DNA from: an uncultured Chloroflexia bacterium
GTDB taxonomy: Bacteria > Chloroflexota > Ktedonobacteria > Ktedonobacterales > JADMIN01
Length of the DNA stretch: 32,000 nucleotides
Assembly (NCBI GenBank): GCA_963718915.1
Contig: CAVRAI010000007.1
Location: 60,001-92,000, forward strand
Direction of reading: 5' to 3'
Shown: positions 14,377-23,005 of the stretch, piece by piece
Position numbering within the stretch: the first letter of the stretch is position 1
Layout: each line of letters starts with the position of its first letter
Translations under genes and position numbers: made by a program
The notes under the pieces: generated by a model
Databases searched by the model: none
What the model was told of the DNA's origin: nothing
Seen by the model: only the letters and a program-made list of their open reading frames with translations

Positions 14377-16206
14377 GTGCCGCAGGCTCCCGCAAAAAGC
14401 GCACTTGCTCCCGGAACGATCATTCGAAATAACTATCGCATCGAGGAACTGATTGGGAGCGGCGGCTACGCGAATGTCTATCGCGCCACTGAACTCACCT
14501 TCGGCTATGAGCGTGCGATCAAAGAAGTGATTGACCCGGATCCCGGTGTTCGCATGCAGTTCCAGCTTGAAGCTCGCCTGCTTATTGACACCAAGCATCC
14601 TAATATTCCCCGTGGCTACTATATCCTCGATGATAAAGGACGCATGTATCTCATCATGGAGTACGTGCATGGCAAAGACCTCGAAGAAATTCTCAATGAT
14701 AGCCTGAAAACGCACCGGCAGCCACTCGACGAGAAACAGGTGCTCCAGTGGGCGATTGCCGTCTGCGACGCGCTGACCGAGATGCATTCACTCAAAACGC
14801 CCATCATTCACAGGGATATCAAGCCAGCGAATATCAAGATCACTCCGGATGGACGGCCGGTGCTGATTGACTTCGGACTGGCGAAGCTGCACAAGGAGAA
14901 CAAGAATACCCAGGCCGCCGCCCAGGGCGTCTCGCCGGGTTTCGCTCCACCAGAACAATACATGGCCAAAGGCAGGACCGACGCGCGTACCGATGTCTAT
15001 GGCCTGGGCGCAACGCTCTACGCCTGCCTGACCGGCCGCGACGCCCCCGAGGCGCCCGCCCGCCTGCTCGCCCAGACGGGGGCCACTAGCCAGGGCGCCG
15101 ATCTCAAACCCATCCGGTTCTACAACCCACAGGTCAGCGAAGCGACCGAGCGCGTCGTCAAGAAAGCGCTGGAGCTTTCGCCGCAGCAGCGCCAGCAAAC
15201 CGCCGCTGATTTGCAGCGCGAGTTGCAGACTGCCCTCAAGGGTGGCAAGGCTGGGCCAGCCACGCTGGATATGGGACCGGTCTGCGCGAAATGTGGCATG
15301 CAAAATCGCCCTGGGCTGCTGAATTGCGCCAACTGTGGCGCACCTCTCAACGCGGCAGGTGACTCCCTCTCGCGTGGCGCGGGGAAACGCCCGAAGATCG
15401 CCTCACCAGCGGCCTCGAACGCGCGTGGCACTGCGCAGATGCCCGCGATGGCGTCGCCGCCCGTGGCGCATCCGCTGGCCGACGATCAGCGCACCAAAGG
15501 GACTCTTATCGCGGCGCAGCAGCGCAGTTCCAACAAACACCCCGCCGTCTCGCCGACCGCCGCGCGCGGCACTGGCAAACAGCCAGCGGTGTCAAATATG
15601 CCGACGCCATCGATCCTCAACTATCCTGGCAGTGGCACGGCGACAGATATCGCGGGGAACAACGCCCTCGCGCCACGTGTTGCCCCCACTCCCGCCAATC
15701 CCCCGAAGGTGGTCAACCGGGCGACTGGCGCGCCGAGCGCGGTGGGATCGTCGTCGGCGGTGAAGTCCTCCTGGATCAGAGTTGGCACGACGGCTCTGGG
15801 TGGGCCAGGCAAAGTGGTGCTGGCATTTGGCTTCGTCGAGACTCTCTGGGGAGCGCTTATCATCGCGCTGGGCGTGGTGATGGCGGTGACCAGGGGGAAT
15901 AACTTCCCCATCGTCACGTTCGTTGGCGCATGGCTCATCATCGTGGTGCTGGCCAGCCTGATTGGCGGTCACGCGATCAGTCGGCCGGTCTTCCGTCGCA
16001 AGCGGGTGAGCGGATTCAGGCGCGGCCTACAGGCTTTCGGCCTGCTCCTCTACTCAGTCGTGGTGCATGCCGTCGCGATCTGGGGCGTTACGACCTATTC
16101 CAATCTGCAGAGTGGCGCCACCGTCGCTATCATCGCGTTCATCGCCTTCGGTCTGAACGTGTTGGTCATCGGTATCTTCACGATGCTCAATATGCTCAAC
16201 AACTGA
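14377..16206 (+). CDS. Hanks-type Ser/Thr protein kinase with zinc ribbon, low-complexity linker and C-terminal 4-TM module
   Basis: GTG start 6 nt after AAGGAG (14365-14370). Kinase motifs are GSGGYANVY, AIKEV, HRDIKPANI (HRD at 14809-14817), DFGLAK and SPGFAPPE. The zinc ribbon is CAKCG..x..CANCG (15283-15336). A Pro/Ala/Ser-rich linker follows, then about four hydrophobic helices (about 15770-16200). Confidence 0.88.
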   Translation: MPQAPAKSALAPGTIIRNNYRIEELIGSGGYANVYRATELTFGYERAIKEVIDPDPGVRMQFQLEARLLIDTKHPNIPRGYYILDDKGRMYLIMEYVHGKDLEEILNDSLKTHRQPLDEKQVLQWAIAVCDALTEMHSLKTPIIHRDIKPANIKITPDGRPVLIDFGLAKLHKENKNTQAAAQGVSPGFAPPEQYMAKGRTDARTDVYGLGATLYACLTGRDAPEAPARLLAQTGATSQGADLKPIRFYNPQVSEATERVVKKALELSPQQRQQTAADLQRELQTALKGGKAGPATLDMGPVCAKCGMQNRPGLLNCANCGAPLNAAGDSLSRGAGKRPKIASPAASNARGTAQMPAMASPPVAHPLADDQRTKGTLIAAQQRSSNKHPAVSPTAARGTGKQPAVSNMPTPSILNYPGSGTATDIAGNNALAPRVAPTPANPPKVVNRATGAPSAVGSSSAVKSSWIRVGTTALGGPGKVVLAFGFVETLWGALIIALGVVMAVTRGNNFPIVTFVGAWLIIVVLASLIGGHAISRPVFRRKRVSGFRRGLQAFGLLLYSVVVHAVAIWGVTTYSNLQSGATVAIIAFIAFGLNVLVIGIFTMLNMLNN

Positions 16207-16249
16207 ACGCGCTCAGCAACATATTCACCTATTGAGGGGGGCACCTCCC

Positions 16250-17440
16250 ATGCCCCGGTCGAATCCGGCGCTCGCGGCACAGCAACCCAATCCGATGTTT
16301 CGCATCGGCGCGCTGGTCTATGGCCGTGACGACATCCTCCATCTGGAGTTTGGCGAGCCAGACCTCCCCACGCCAGCGCATATCTCCGCCGCCGCCGTTG
16401 CCTCCATCACTCGCGAACGCCAGGGATACGGCCCCGGCAACGGCATTGCCGAACTGCGCGCCGCCGTCGCCGCGCGTGTCCAGCGCGTCAATGGATTCGC
16501 GCCAGCCGCCGAGCAAGTGGTGATGACGGCGGGTGGCACGGGCGGTCTGATGGGCAGCCTGCTCACCCTCTGCGCGCCCGGCGACATCGTGCTGACTCCC
16601 GACCCCGGCTGGCCCGGCTACGACGCAATGTTGGCGGTCGCTGGTGTTGATCGCGCGTACTATCCGCTGCTCCCAGAGCGTGGTTGGCTGCCTGATCTTG
16701 CCGCGCTCGAAGCCGCCATTACGCCGCGAACGCGCGTGCTGCTCGTGAACTCGCCCTCGAATCCCGGCGGCGCGGTCTATCCTGCGGAGACCATCGCCGC
16801 GCTGGTGGAGATTGCCGTCCGGCACGATCTCTGGCTGCTCTCCGATGAGTGCTACGACGAGCTGGTCTTCGATGCGCCTCATGTCAGCCCTGCTTCTCTC
16901 GATCCCGATGGGCGTGTGCTGACAGTGGGCAGCTTCTCGAAGACCTATGCGATGACGGGTTGGCGCATCGGCTGGGTGGTCGCGCCGTCAGCGATTGCAC
17001 CGGCCCTGGGACTGACCACCGCCGCGCAGCTCAACAATCTGCCGCTCTTCGTCCAGCGGGCCGCGCTTGCCGCGCTCGAAGGCCCGCAGGAGTGTGTCGC
17101 CGAGATGCGCGCGTCGTACCAGGCGCGGCGCGACCTCGCGGCGGGACTGCTACGCGAGCGCGGTCTGCTCGAATATACCCCGGCGGGCGCGTTCTACCTG
17201 CTGATTCCGGTGGCGCGCGCGGCGGGCTATGACGCGGATGAGCCGTTCGATACGCTGGCGTTCGCCGAGGCGCTGATCGCCGAACGAGGTATCGCGTTGG
17301 CGCCGGGGATGGCGTTCGGCAGCCGCACCACTCGCTATGTGCGCGTCTCGCTGGCCAGCGCCCCCGACGTGCTACGCGCGGGCGTCTCCGGCCTGCTCGA
17401 CTTCGCCGTCGGATGGCGGCAGCGCATAGGTGATGCCTAA
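16250..17440 (+). CDS. Pyridoxal-phosphate-dependent aminotransferase, class I (AspC-like)
   Basis: The ORF-track start is TTG 16232. I prefer ATG 16250, after GAGGGGGG. It has the PLP-lysine motif SFSKTYAMTGWRIGW, NSPSNPGG and a C-terminal R..VR (YVRVS). Confidence 0.88.
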   Translation: MPRSNPALAAQQPNPMFRIGALVYGRDDILHLEFGEPDLPTPAHISAAAVASITRERQGYGPGNGIAELRAAVAARVQRVNGFAPAAEQVVMTAGGTGGLMGSLLTLCAPGDIVLTPDPGWPGYDAMLAVAGVDRAYYPLLPERGWLPDLAALEAAITPRTRVLLVNSPSNPGGAVYPAETIAALVEIAVRHDLWLLSDECYDELVFDAPHVSPASLDPDGRVLTVGSFSKTYAMTGWRIGWVVAPSAIAPALGLTTAAQLNNLPLFVQRAALAALEGPQECVAEMRASYQARRDLAAGLLRERGLLEYTPAGAFYLLIPVARAAGYDADEPFDTLAFAEALIAERGIALAPGMAFGSRTTRYVRVSLASAPDVLRAGVSGLLDFAVGWRQRIGDA

Positions 17441-17452
17441 TTCGTTAGAGAT

Positions 17453-17559
17453 GTTGTCGTAAGGAGGCGCGCCGTAGCATAAATGCTACGGCGAATGGGC
17501 TGCATACGCGGGAAATTCGTCGTGGCCTTCAGGCTACGGCTGCCTGTCCCAACGACAAC
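17453..17559 (+). repeat. Dispersed structured repeat, copy C (complete, MITE/REP-like)
   Basis: Begins 13 nt after the aminotransferase stop.
- Terminal inverted repeats: GTTGTCGT (17453-60) and ACGACAAC (17552-59).
- Hairpin 1: GCCGTAGCA-taaa-TGCTACGGC (17471-92).
- Complementary bridge: GCGAAT...ATTCG.
- Hairpin 2: CGTGGCC-ttca-GGCTACG (17520-39), which needs a G-U pair on the + strand. Confidence 0.75.
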
Positions 17560-17685
17560 GACGCCCCGGATTCTGTATACTTTGCCGCGCTGCGCACTTT
17601 CTCGTAGACCAATAGAGTTATGTTAATATCACGGGGTTGATGGTACCATGACAACATACGCGCATGCGAGCGATGAGGCGCCCTT

Positions 17686-20367
17686 ATGGATACCTATCTC
17701 CTGGCGACCAAACTGCGCATTCCTCCCTCCCCACATCATCGGGTGCGGCGCGCCCGGCTCGTTGACGCGCTCGATCAGGGTATCCCACGCTACAAGCTCA
17801 CAGTGATCTCCGCCCCGGCTGGCTATGGCAAAACAACCCTGTTGGCCGACTGGGCGCATGCCAGTCCTCTGCCAATGGTCTGGCTCTCGGTGAGCGAAGA
17901 AGACAACGACCCTGAGCGCTTCTTCCGCTATCTGGCGACGGGGTGGGAACAGGTACGGCCAGACATCAGCGAAAGCCCGCTCGGCCTGCTGCTCGGCGCG
18001 GTGATGTCGGAGCGTGAGGCGATCCTGGCCGCGTTCATCAACGCCGCCGCCACCGTGCCCGATCACCTGGTCTTTCTCCTCGACGACTATCACCTGATCG
18101 AGGATCCTTCCATCCATCAGGCGCTGACCTTCCTGCTCGACCACCTGCCGCCAACCGTCCACGTGCTGCTGGCGGGCCGCACCGAACCGCCGCTGCCGCT
18201 GGCCCGCTATCGTGCTCGCCACGAACTGCTGGAGTTGCGGGCGGATGATTTGCAGTTCTCACTAGAGGAGACAGACGATTTCTTGAACCAGCTAATGCGG
18301 CTCGATTTCACGCGGGATGAGCTTGCGTCGCTGCATATGCGGCTGGAAGGCTGGATCGCCGGTCTGCAACTGGTGGCGCTCAGTCGCCAGCGCCGCCACG
18401 CCACGACAGATACGCTGATCATCAGCGGCAGGCAGCGCTTCATCGCCGACTATCTGAGTGAGAATGTGCTTGCCCAGCTACCAACTAGTACGCAGCGATT
18501 CCTGCTCCAGTCTGGCATACTGGATCGCATGTGCGGCTCGCTATGTGACGCCGTCACCGAGGGGCAAGACAGCCAGGCGATGCTGGAAACGCTGGAGCGT
18601 GAGAACCTGTTTCTCGTCGCCCTGGATGACCAGCGCGAGTGGTTCCGCTATCACGTCCTCTTCGCCGACTTTCTCCGCGAGGCGTTGAAACGGCGTTATC
18701 CTGAGGATGTAGTTCCGCTGCATCGCCGCGCCGCGCGATGGTATCTGGCGCATGATCTGCCTGAGCCAGCTTTCCAGCATGCGGTCGCTGGCGAAGACGA
18801 AGACCTTGTGATTCAGATTTTCGAGCGCTACTTCTTCCTGAAGCTGTTGAGCGGCGAGATTGCCGTCGTACAGCGGTGGCTCGCGGCGCTTCCGGCGGCG
18901 TGGGAGGCAAGCCACGTGCAGTTGAGCCTCTTCCGGGCGAATGTGCTGTTCTTCACCGGGCAAATAGAACCGTTTGTGCGCGATCTCGATGCGCTGGAAC
19001 GCCGGGTGCGCGCGGCGGCGGGTGAGGATGCGCGTTTACATCTGGCGCGCGTGACCGCGATGCGCTGCTTCGTCGCCTGTTATAACAACGACGTCGTGCC
19101 AGCGGAGACGTTGGCCTACCAGGCGCTCCAGGATTTGCCCGAAGAGGAAATTGACCTGCGGCAGGGGCTGAATGGCTCGCTCGGCGATCTCTACCGCCAG
19201 AATGGACGCTGGCAGGAAGCGCGCGCATGCTATCTGAAAGCGCTTGACCGGACACTCAATGACCCCCAGAAAGAGGCGTTTCGGATTCAGTCTGTCGAGG
19301 CGTTGGGCGCGCTGGCCGACCTCGATCTGCGGCAGGGGCGCCTTCGGGACGCCGCGACCTGGTGGCGGCGCGCTCTAGACGTGATCGGCGAGCGGGACGG
19401 CCGGAGCGGCTTCCCGCTGCCCCTCATCGGTTGGGTGTATATCCGCCTGGGCGAGATTCTCTATGAGTGGAACCAGTTGAGCGAGGCCGAGAACGACCTC
19501 TCGCGCGGGCTGCAACGCGCTGCGTTGGGCGGCGATGTGCGCGGGATGATCGCTGGCTATCTGCTGGCCGCCCGTCTGAAATTGGCGTCGGGCGACATCA
19601 CCGCCGCTGGTGAGCATTTGGAGCACGCGCGTCCCCTGGTGGAGCATGCCGCGTTCCCCGATTGGGCTGGCCGCTTTGGGCGCCTGGAGGTGGAGTATCT
19701 GCTGGCGCGTCAGAGGATTCTGGCCGCCGTTGAGCGGGCCGAGGCGATGATGCGGAGCGATGACCTCGAAGGGGGCGCTGAAAGCGAGGTTGCGCGGCTG
19801 GCGCTGGCTCGCGCGCTGATCGTGCAGAGCGATAACGAGTCCCTTACACGAGCGCTGGCGCTGCTCAAGCGCCTATTGCCGCTGGCGAGCGACGAGGGGC
19901 GGGCAGGCGTCGCCGCCGAGGCGCTGGCGCTTCAGTCCCTCGCCCACTGGCGGCGCGGCGAAGAGGCGCAGGCGTTGACGATTCTGGAGCGCGCCCTGCG
20001 TCTGGCCGAACCCGAAGGTTATGCGCGTCTCTTCGCCGATTTGGGTCTGCCAATGGCCCGCCTGCTGCAGAAGGCCCATTCCCGCGAGGTGATGCGTGAC
20101 TATGTCGAGCGCCTACTGACGATATGTGCGAGCGACCTCGCCAGCTCCATCGCTCAGCGCGGCACACTGCCAGAGCCGCTCAGCCTGCGCGAACAGGAGG
20201 TGCTGCGCCTGATGGCCGCCGGGCTGACCAATCGAGAAATCGCCGAAACGCTCGTCATCTCGCCGGAAACCGTCAAAAAGCATACTGGCAGCATCTATGG
20301 AAAACTGAGCGTGGGCAACCGCACCGAAGCTGCGGCCAGGGCCAGAGCGCTGAACCTGCTCGACTGA
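17686..20367 (+). CDS. MalT-like STAND ATPase / LuxR-family transcriptional regulator
   Basis: 893 aa. The N-terminus is LATKLRIPP..., Walker A is SAPAGYGKTT and Walker B is LVFLLDDYH. A long TPR-like helical region follows. The C-terminal LuxR HTH is LSLREQEVLRLMAAGLTNREIAETLVISPETVKKHTGSIYGKL. Confidence 0.88.
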   Translation: MDTYLLATKLRIPPSPHHRVRRARLVDALDQGIPRYKLTVISAPAGYGKTTLLADWAHASPLPMVWLSVSEEDNDPERFFRYLATGWEQVRPDISESPLGLLLGAVMSEREAILAAFINAAATVPDHLVFLLDDYHLIEDPSIHQALTFLLDHLPPTVHVLLAGRTEPPLPLARYRARHELLELRADDLQFSLEETDDFLNQLMRLDFTRDELASLHMRLEGWIAGLQLVALSRQRRHATTDTLIISGRQRFIADYLSENVLAQLPTSTQRFLLQSGILDRMCGSLCDAVTEGQDSQAMLETLERENLFLVALDDQREWFRYHVLFADFLREALKRRYPEDVVPLHRRAARWYLAHDLPEPAFQHAVAGEDEDLVIQIFERYFFLKLLSGEIAVVQRWLAALPAAWEASHVQLSLFRANVLFFTGQIEPFVRDLDALERRVRAAAGEDARLHLARVTAMRCFVACYNNDVVPAETLAYQALQDLPEEEIDLRQGLNGSLGDLYRQNGRWQEARACYLKALDRTLNDPQKEAFRIQSVEALGALADLDLRQGRLRDAATWWRRALDVIGERDGRSGFPLPLIGWVYIRLGEILYEWNQLSEAENDLSRGLQRAALGGDVRGMIAGYLLAARLKLASGDITAAGEHLEHARPLVEHAAFPDWAGRFGRLEVEYLLARQRILAAVERAEAMMRSDDLEGGAESEVARLALARALIVQSDNESLTRALALLKRLLPLASDEGRAGVAAEALALQSLAHWRRGEEAQALTILERALRLAEPEGYARLFADLGLPMARLLQKAHSREVMRDYVERLLTICASDLASSIAQRGTLPEPLSLREQEVLRLMAAGLTNREIAETLVISPETVKKHTGSIYGKLSVGNRTEAAARARALNLLD

Positions 20368-20521
20368 GCGCTTCCGCCCACATCTCGTCTCACACCCCAA
20401 AAAGATACCCCTGGTGAATACCCCGTTCCGGGCATTACGCCGCCCTCACTTCCGCATATCATTGCGCATAGCGACAGACGCCGCACGGGGCATCACGGGG
20501 CATTCACAGGGGAGACTGACA

Positions 20522-20896
20522 ATGGACATCAATCTGCCGATCATCGCCGGAGCGATCTCGACGATCTTCTTCGCATCTGGCGAGCTGCCTATGTTGTTGA
20601 AAGCATTCCAGACCAAGAACCTGCGCTCATACAGCCTGAGCAACATCCTGTTCGCCAACATGGGCAACGTCATCTACTCAATCTATGTCTTCCATCTGCC
20701 CCCCGGCCCCATCTGGCTGCTGCATTCGTTCTATATGACCTCCACCGTGCTGATGCTCTTCTGGTATCTGCGCTACGAGCGGCGACCAGGACAGCTCATC
20801 GCAGCGTTACGGGCGCGTCTCCGGCGGCGTGTCGCGGGAGTATTCGCGCGTCTCTCCGAGGCTCTCAGGTGGATAGACAGCCCGGCGGAGGCATGA
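20522..20896 (+). CDS. Small 3-TM membrane protein, PQ-loop / SemiSWEET-like
   Basis: The ORF-track ORF is 20414..20896. I prefer ATG 20522, after GGGGAG. It has three predicted TM helices. The motif GELPMLLKAFQTKNLRSYSLS resembles the PQ-loop signature, with PM in place of PQ. The family call is tentative. Confidence 0.5.
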   Translation: MDINLPIIAGAISTIFFASGELPMLLKAFQTKNLRSYSLSNILFANMGNVIYSIYVFHLPPGPIWLLHSFYMTSTVLMLFWYLRYERRPGQLIAALRARLRRRVAGVFARLSEALRWIDSPAEA

Positions 20897-20930
20897 CGAC
20901 ATCGCTGTATCGCCTAGAGGCGCAGCGCAT

Positions 20931-22061
20931 ATGAAAGGGGCTAGCTCTATGAGCAATCAAACTTTCCACCATGACACTATCGTAATTGGCGGTGGCCAGG
21001 CGGGACTCTCCACTGGCTACTTCCTGAAGCGGCAAGGGCGTGACTTTGTGATTCTCGACGCGAACGAGCGAACTGGCGACTCCTGGCGGAACCGTTGGGA
21101 CTCGCTTCGCCTCTTCACCTACGCCCGCTATGATGGGCTGGCCGGGATGCCATTCCCCGCCCCGGCCCACTCTTTCCCTACGAAAGATGAGATGGTCAAC
21201 TACCTGGAGTCCTACGCGGCGCGGTTTGCCCTGCCGGTGCGGACAGGCGTCCGGGTAGACCGCCTGACGCGACGTGGGGATCGGTTTGTGGCGATGGCGG
21301 GCGACCTGGAGTTCGAGGCTGACCATGTGGTCGTGGCGATGTCAAACTATCAGCGACCGCGCGTGCCCGCGTTCGCCGGGGAACTGGATCCGGGCATCGT
21401 TCAGTTCCATGCCAGCGCGTATCGTAACCCTTCCCAACTCCGCGACGGTGGCGTGCTTATCGTCGGCGCGGGCAACTCGGGGGCCGAGATCGCTATGGAG
21501 GTGGTGCGCAGTCATCACGTCTGGCTTTCAGGGAGGGATACTGGCCACCTCCCGGTTCGTATCGAGGGAGCTTTGACGCCATTTTTCGTCAAACCCCTGT
21601 TTCGCATCGTCTTCCATCGCGTGCTGACGGTCAATACGTCAATTGGGCGCAAGGCGCGTACGAAGCTCCTTGCTGGTGGTGATCCGCTCATTCGAACGAA
21701 ACCCAAAGACCTTGCCGCCGCTGGCATCGAGCGCGTTCCCCGCACCGCCGGTGCGCGCGATGGGCATCCCGCGCTGGATGATGGGCGCGTGCTGGAGGTG
21801 GCGAACGTGATCTGGTGTACGGGGTATCATCCTGGCTTCTCGTGGATTGATCTGCCCATCTTCGACGGCGATGAGCCATCGCATGAGCGTGGGATTGTTA
21901 CCAGAGAGCCGGGGCTATACTTCGTCGGCCTGGAATTTCTCTACGCGGCGTCATCGGCAATGGTGCAGGGGGTAAGCAGGGACGCAGAATATGTCGTCCG
22001 AGCCATCGCGATGGAGGCGAACGGTACACGGACGCATACGCGCGCGCGTGTCGCCGTCTGA
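20931..22061 (+). CDS. FAD/NAD(P)-binding flavin-containing monooxygenase-type oxidoreductase
   Basis: 376 aa with two dinucleotide-binding motifs, VIGGGQAG and IVGAGNSGAEIA. WRNRWDSLRLFT and ATGY-like (WCTGYHP) motifs are typical of FMO/CzcO-like enzymes. Confidence 0.8.
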   Translation: MKGASSMSNQTFHHDTIVIGGGQAGLSTGYFLKRQGRDFVILDANERTGDSWRNRWDSLRLFTYARYDGLAGMPFPAPAHSFPTKDEMVNYLESYAARFALPVRTGVRVDRLTRRGDRFVAMAGDLEFEADHVVVAMSNYQRPRVPAFAGELDPGIVQFHASAYRNPSQLRDGGVLIVGAGNSGAEIAMEVVRSHHVWLSGRDTGHLPVRIEGALTPFFVKPLFRIVFHRVLTVNTSIGRKARTKLLAGGDPLIRTKPKDLAAAGIERVPRTAGARDGHPALDDGRVLEVANVIWCTGYHPGFSWIDLPIFDGDEPSHERGIVTREPGLYFVGLEFLYAASSAMVQGVSRDAEYVVRAIAMEANGTRTHTRARVAV

Positions 22062-22080
22062 TAACACATTCGTTTGGTGG

Positions 22081-22202
22081 GTTGTCGTTTGTGGTGAGGC
22101 GAGCAAGCCATAGCGTGAGCGCTACGGCGAATGGGGAGATGCCGCAGGAGCGGAAATTCGCCGGGGCCTTCAGGTTCCGGCACGCTCCCCACATACAACG
22201 AC
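22081..22202 (+). repeat. Dispersed structured repeat, copy D (complete)
   Basis: Begins 20 nt after the oxidoreductase stop.
- Left end: GTTGTCGTTTGTGG.
- Right end: CCACATACAACGAC, the inverted repeat with a 3-nt indel.
- Hairpin 1: GCCATAGCG-tgag-CGCTACGGC.
- Bridge: GCGAATGGGG...GGAAATTCGCC.
- Hairpin 2: CCGGGGCC-ttca-GGTTCCGG. Confidence 0.75.
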
Positions 22203-22219
22203 CATAGCCGGACTTGGTA

Positions 22220-22996
22220 TCAATCGGGCAATACCTCGCCCACCATCTGCCCAACGGCCTCTTTGCAGGTCGCCAGATATTCGTCGCGGGTGGGCGCGAT
22301 GATGCCCTGCGCGCGCTCGATCAGCGATTCCAGCGCGGCGACATCGGGATTGCTGCCCGCGTGCTTGAGCCGCGTCTGATGGGCGTATGTTTCGGCCTGG
22401 GGTCGTGGCGTCGCGGGAACGAACGTGACCACCGACGGGAAGCGCAGCATCGCGCCGGATAGGGCATCGGCGGGCTGGCCGAAGATGCCTGCCAACACGC
22501 TCGCGATGCGAGTGCAGAGCGCCTCGTCAGCACAGGCGTCTGCTAGCGATGCGCCAAGGCTGGGCATGGCGAGATAGAGCGGCTGCTCGAACGCTATCTC
22601 GATCAGATTGTGCGCCTTCCACCATCCCTGATCCAGCGCGACGCCACAGGCGCGGGCAGCATCCTTGGCCAGCGGAACCGCCTGCTGGAAGGCGTAGCCA
22701 CGCTCGGCTGTGGGACGACCGCCGTACTCCTCGTCGCTGTACCAGTCGAAGCCATGCGGCTCGGCGCCGTGCGAGAGCGCGCCGACGACGAACGCGCGAA
22801 ACTCGTCTCGCGCCGAGCCAGTGGGTATCGTGTTGACGGCCTCCACCAGCCGCGCGCCGCTCCGGTGCGATTCCGTATGTGAGAGCGGGCTGCCGAAGAG
22901 CATGTCCGGCCAGACACATCCCAGGAAGTGGGCAGCCGTCGGCGCTGGAACCAGGCGCTGTATTAACCAGGCATGCGCGAGCGGGAACATGGACAC
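22220..22996 (-). CDS. Hypothetical protein, possibly a His-rich metal-dependent hydrolase
   Basis: 258-aa ORF with protein-like composition. Conserved-looking His/Asp clusters are present (PLAHAW, WPDMLF, SHGAEPHGFDWYSD, KAHNLIE). No confident family assignment. Confidence 0.5.
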   Translation of the reverse strand: MSMFPLAHAWLIQRLVPAPTAAHFLGCVWPDMLFGSPLSHTESHRSGARLVEAVNTIPTGSARDEFRAFVVGALSHGAEPHGFDWYSDEEYGGRPTAERGYAFQQAVPLAKDAARACGVALDQGWWKAHNLIEIAFEQPLYLAMPSLGASLADACADEALCTRIASVLAGIFGQPADALSGAMLRFPSVVTFVPATPRPQAETYAHQTRLKHAGSNPDVAALESLIERAQGIIAPTRDEYLATCKEAVGQMVGEVLPD

Positions 22997-23005
22997 CCCC
23001 TTTGC

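Noticed and set aside
9008-16206. Helicase-nuclease plus Ser/Thr kinase as a two-gene operon or system
   Set aside because: The genes are separated by 284 nt containing a good promoter-like TTGACG-17-TATTCT. I know of no established functional link. The adjacency is noted in the findings but is not claimed as a system.
20368-20521. Possible guanidine-II (mini-ykkC)-like tandem ACGG motifs (CACGGGGCAT x2 at about 20483-20502) upstream of the small membrane protein
   Set aside because: The sequences flanking each ACGG cannot form the required short GC stems that close an ACGR tetraloop. It is probably a simple tandem 10-mer.
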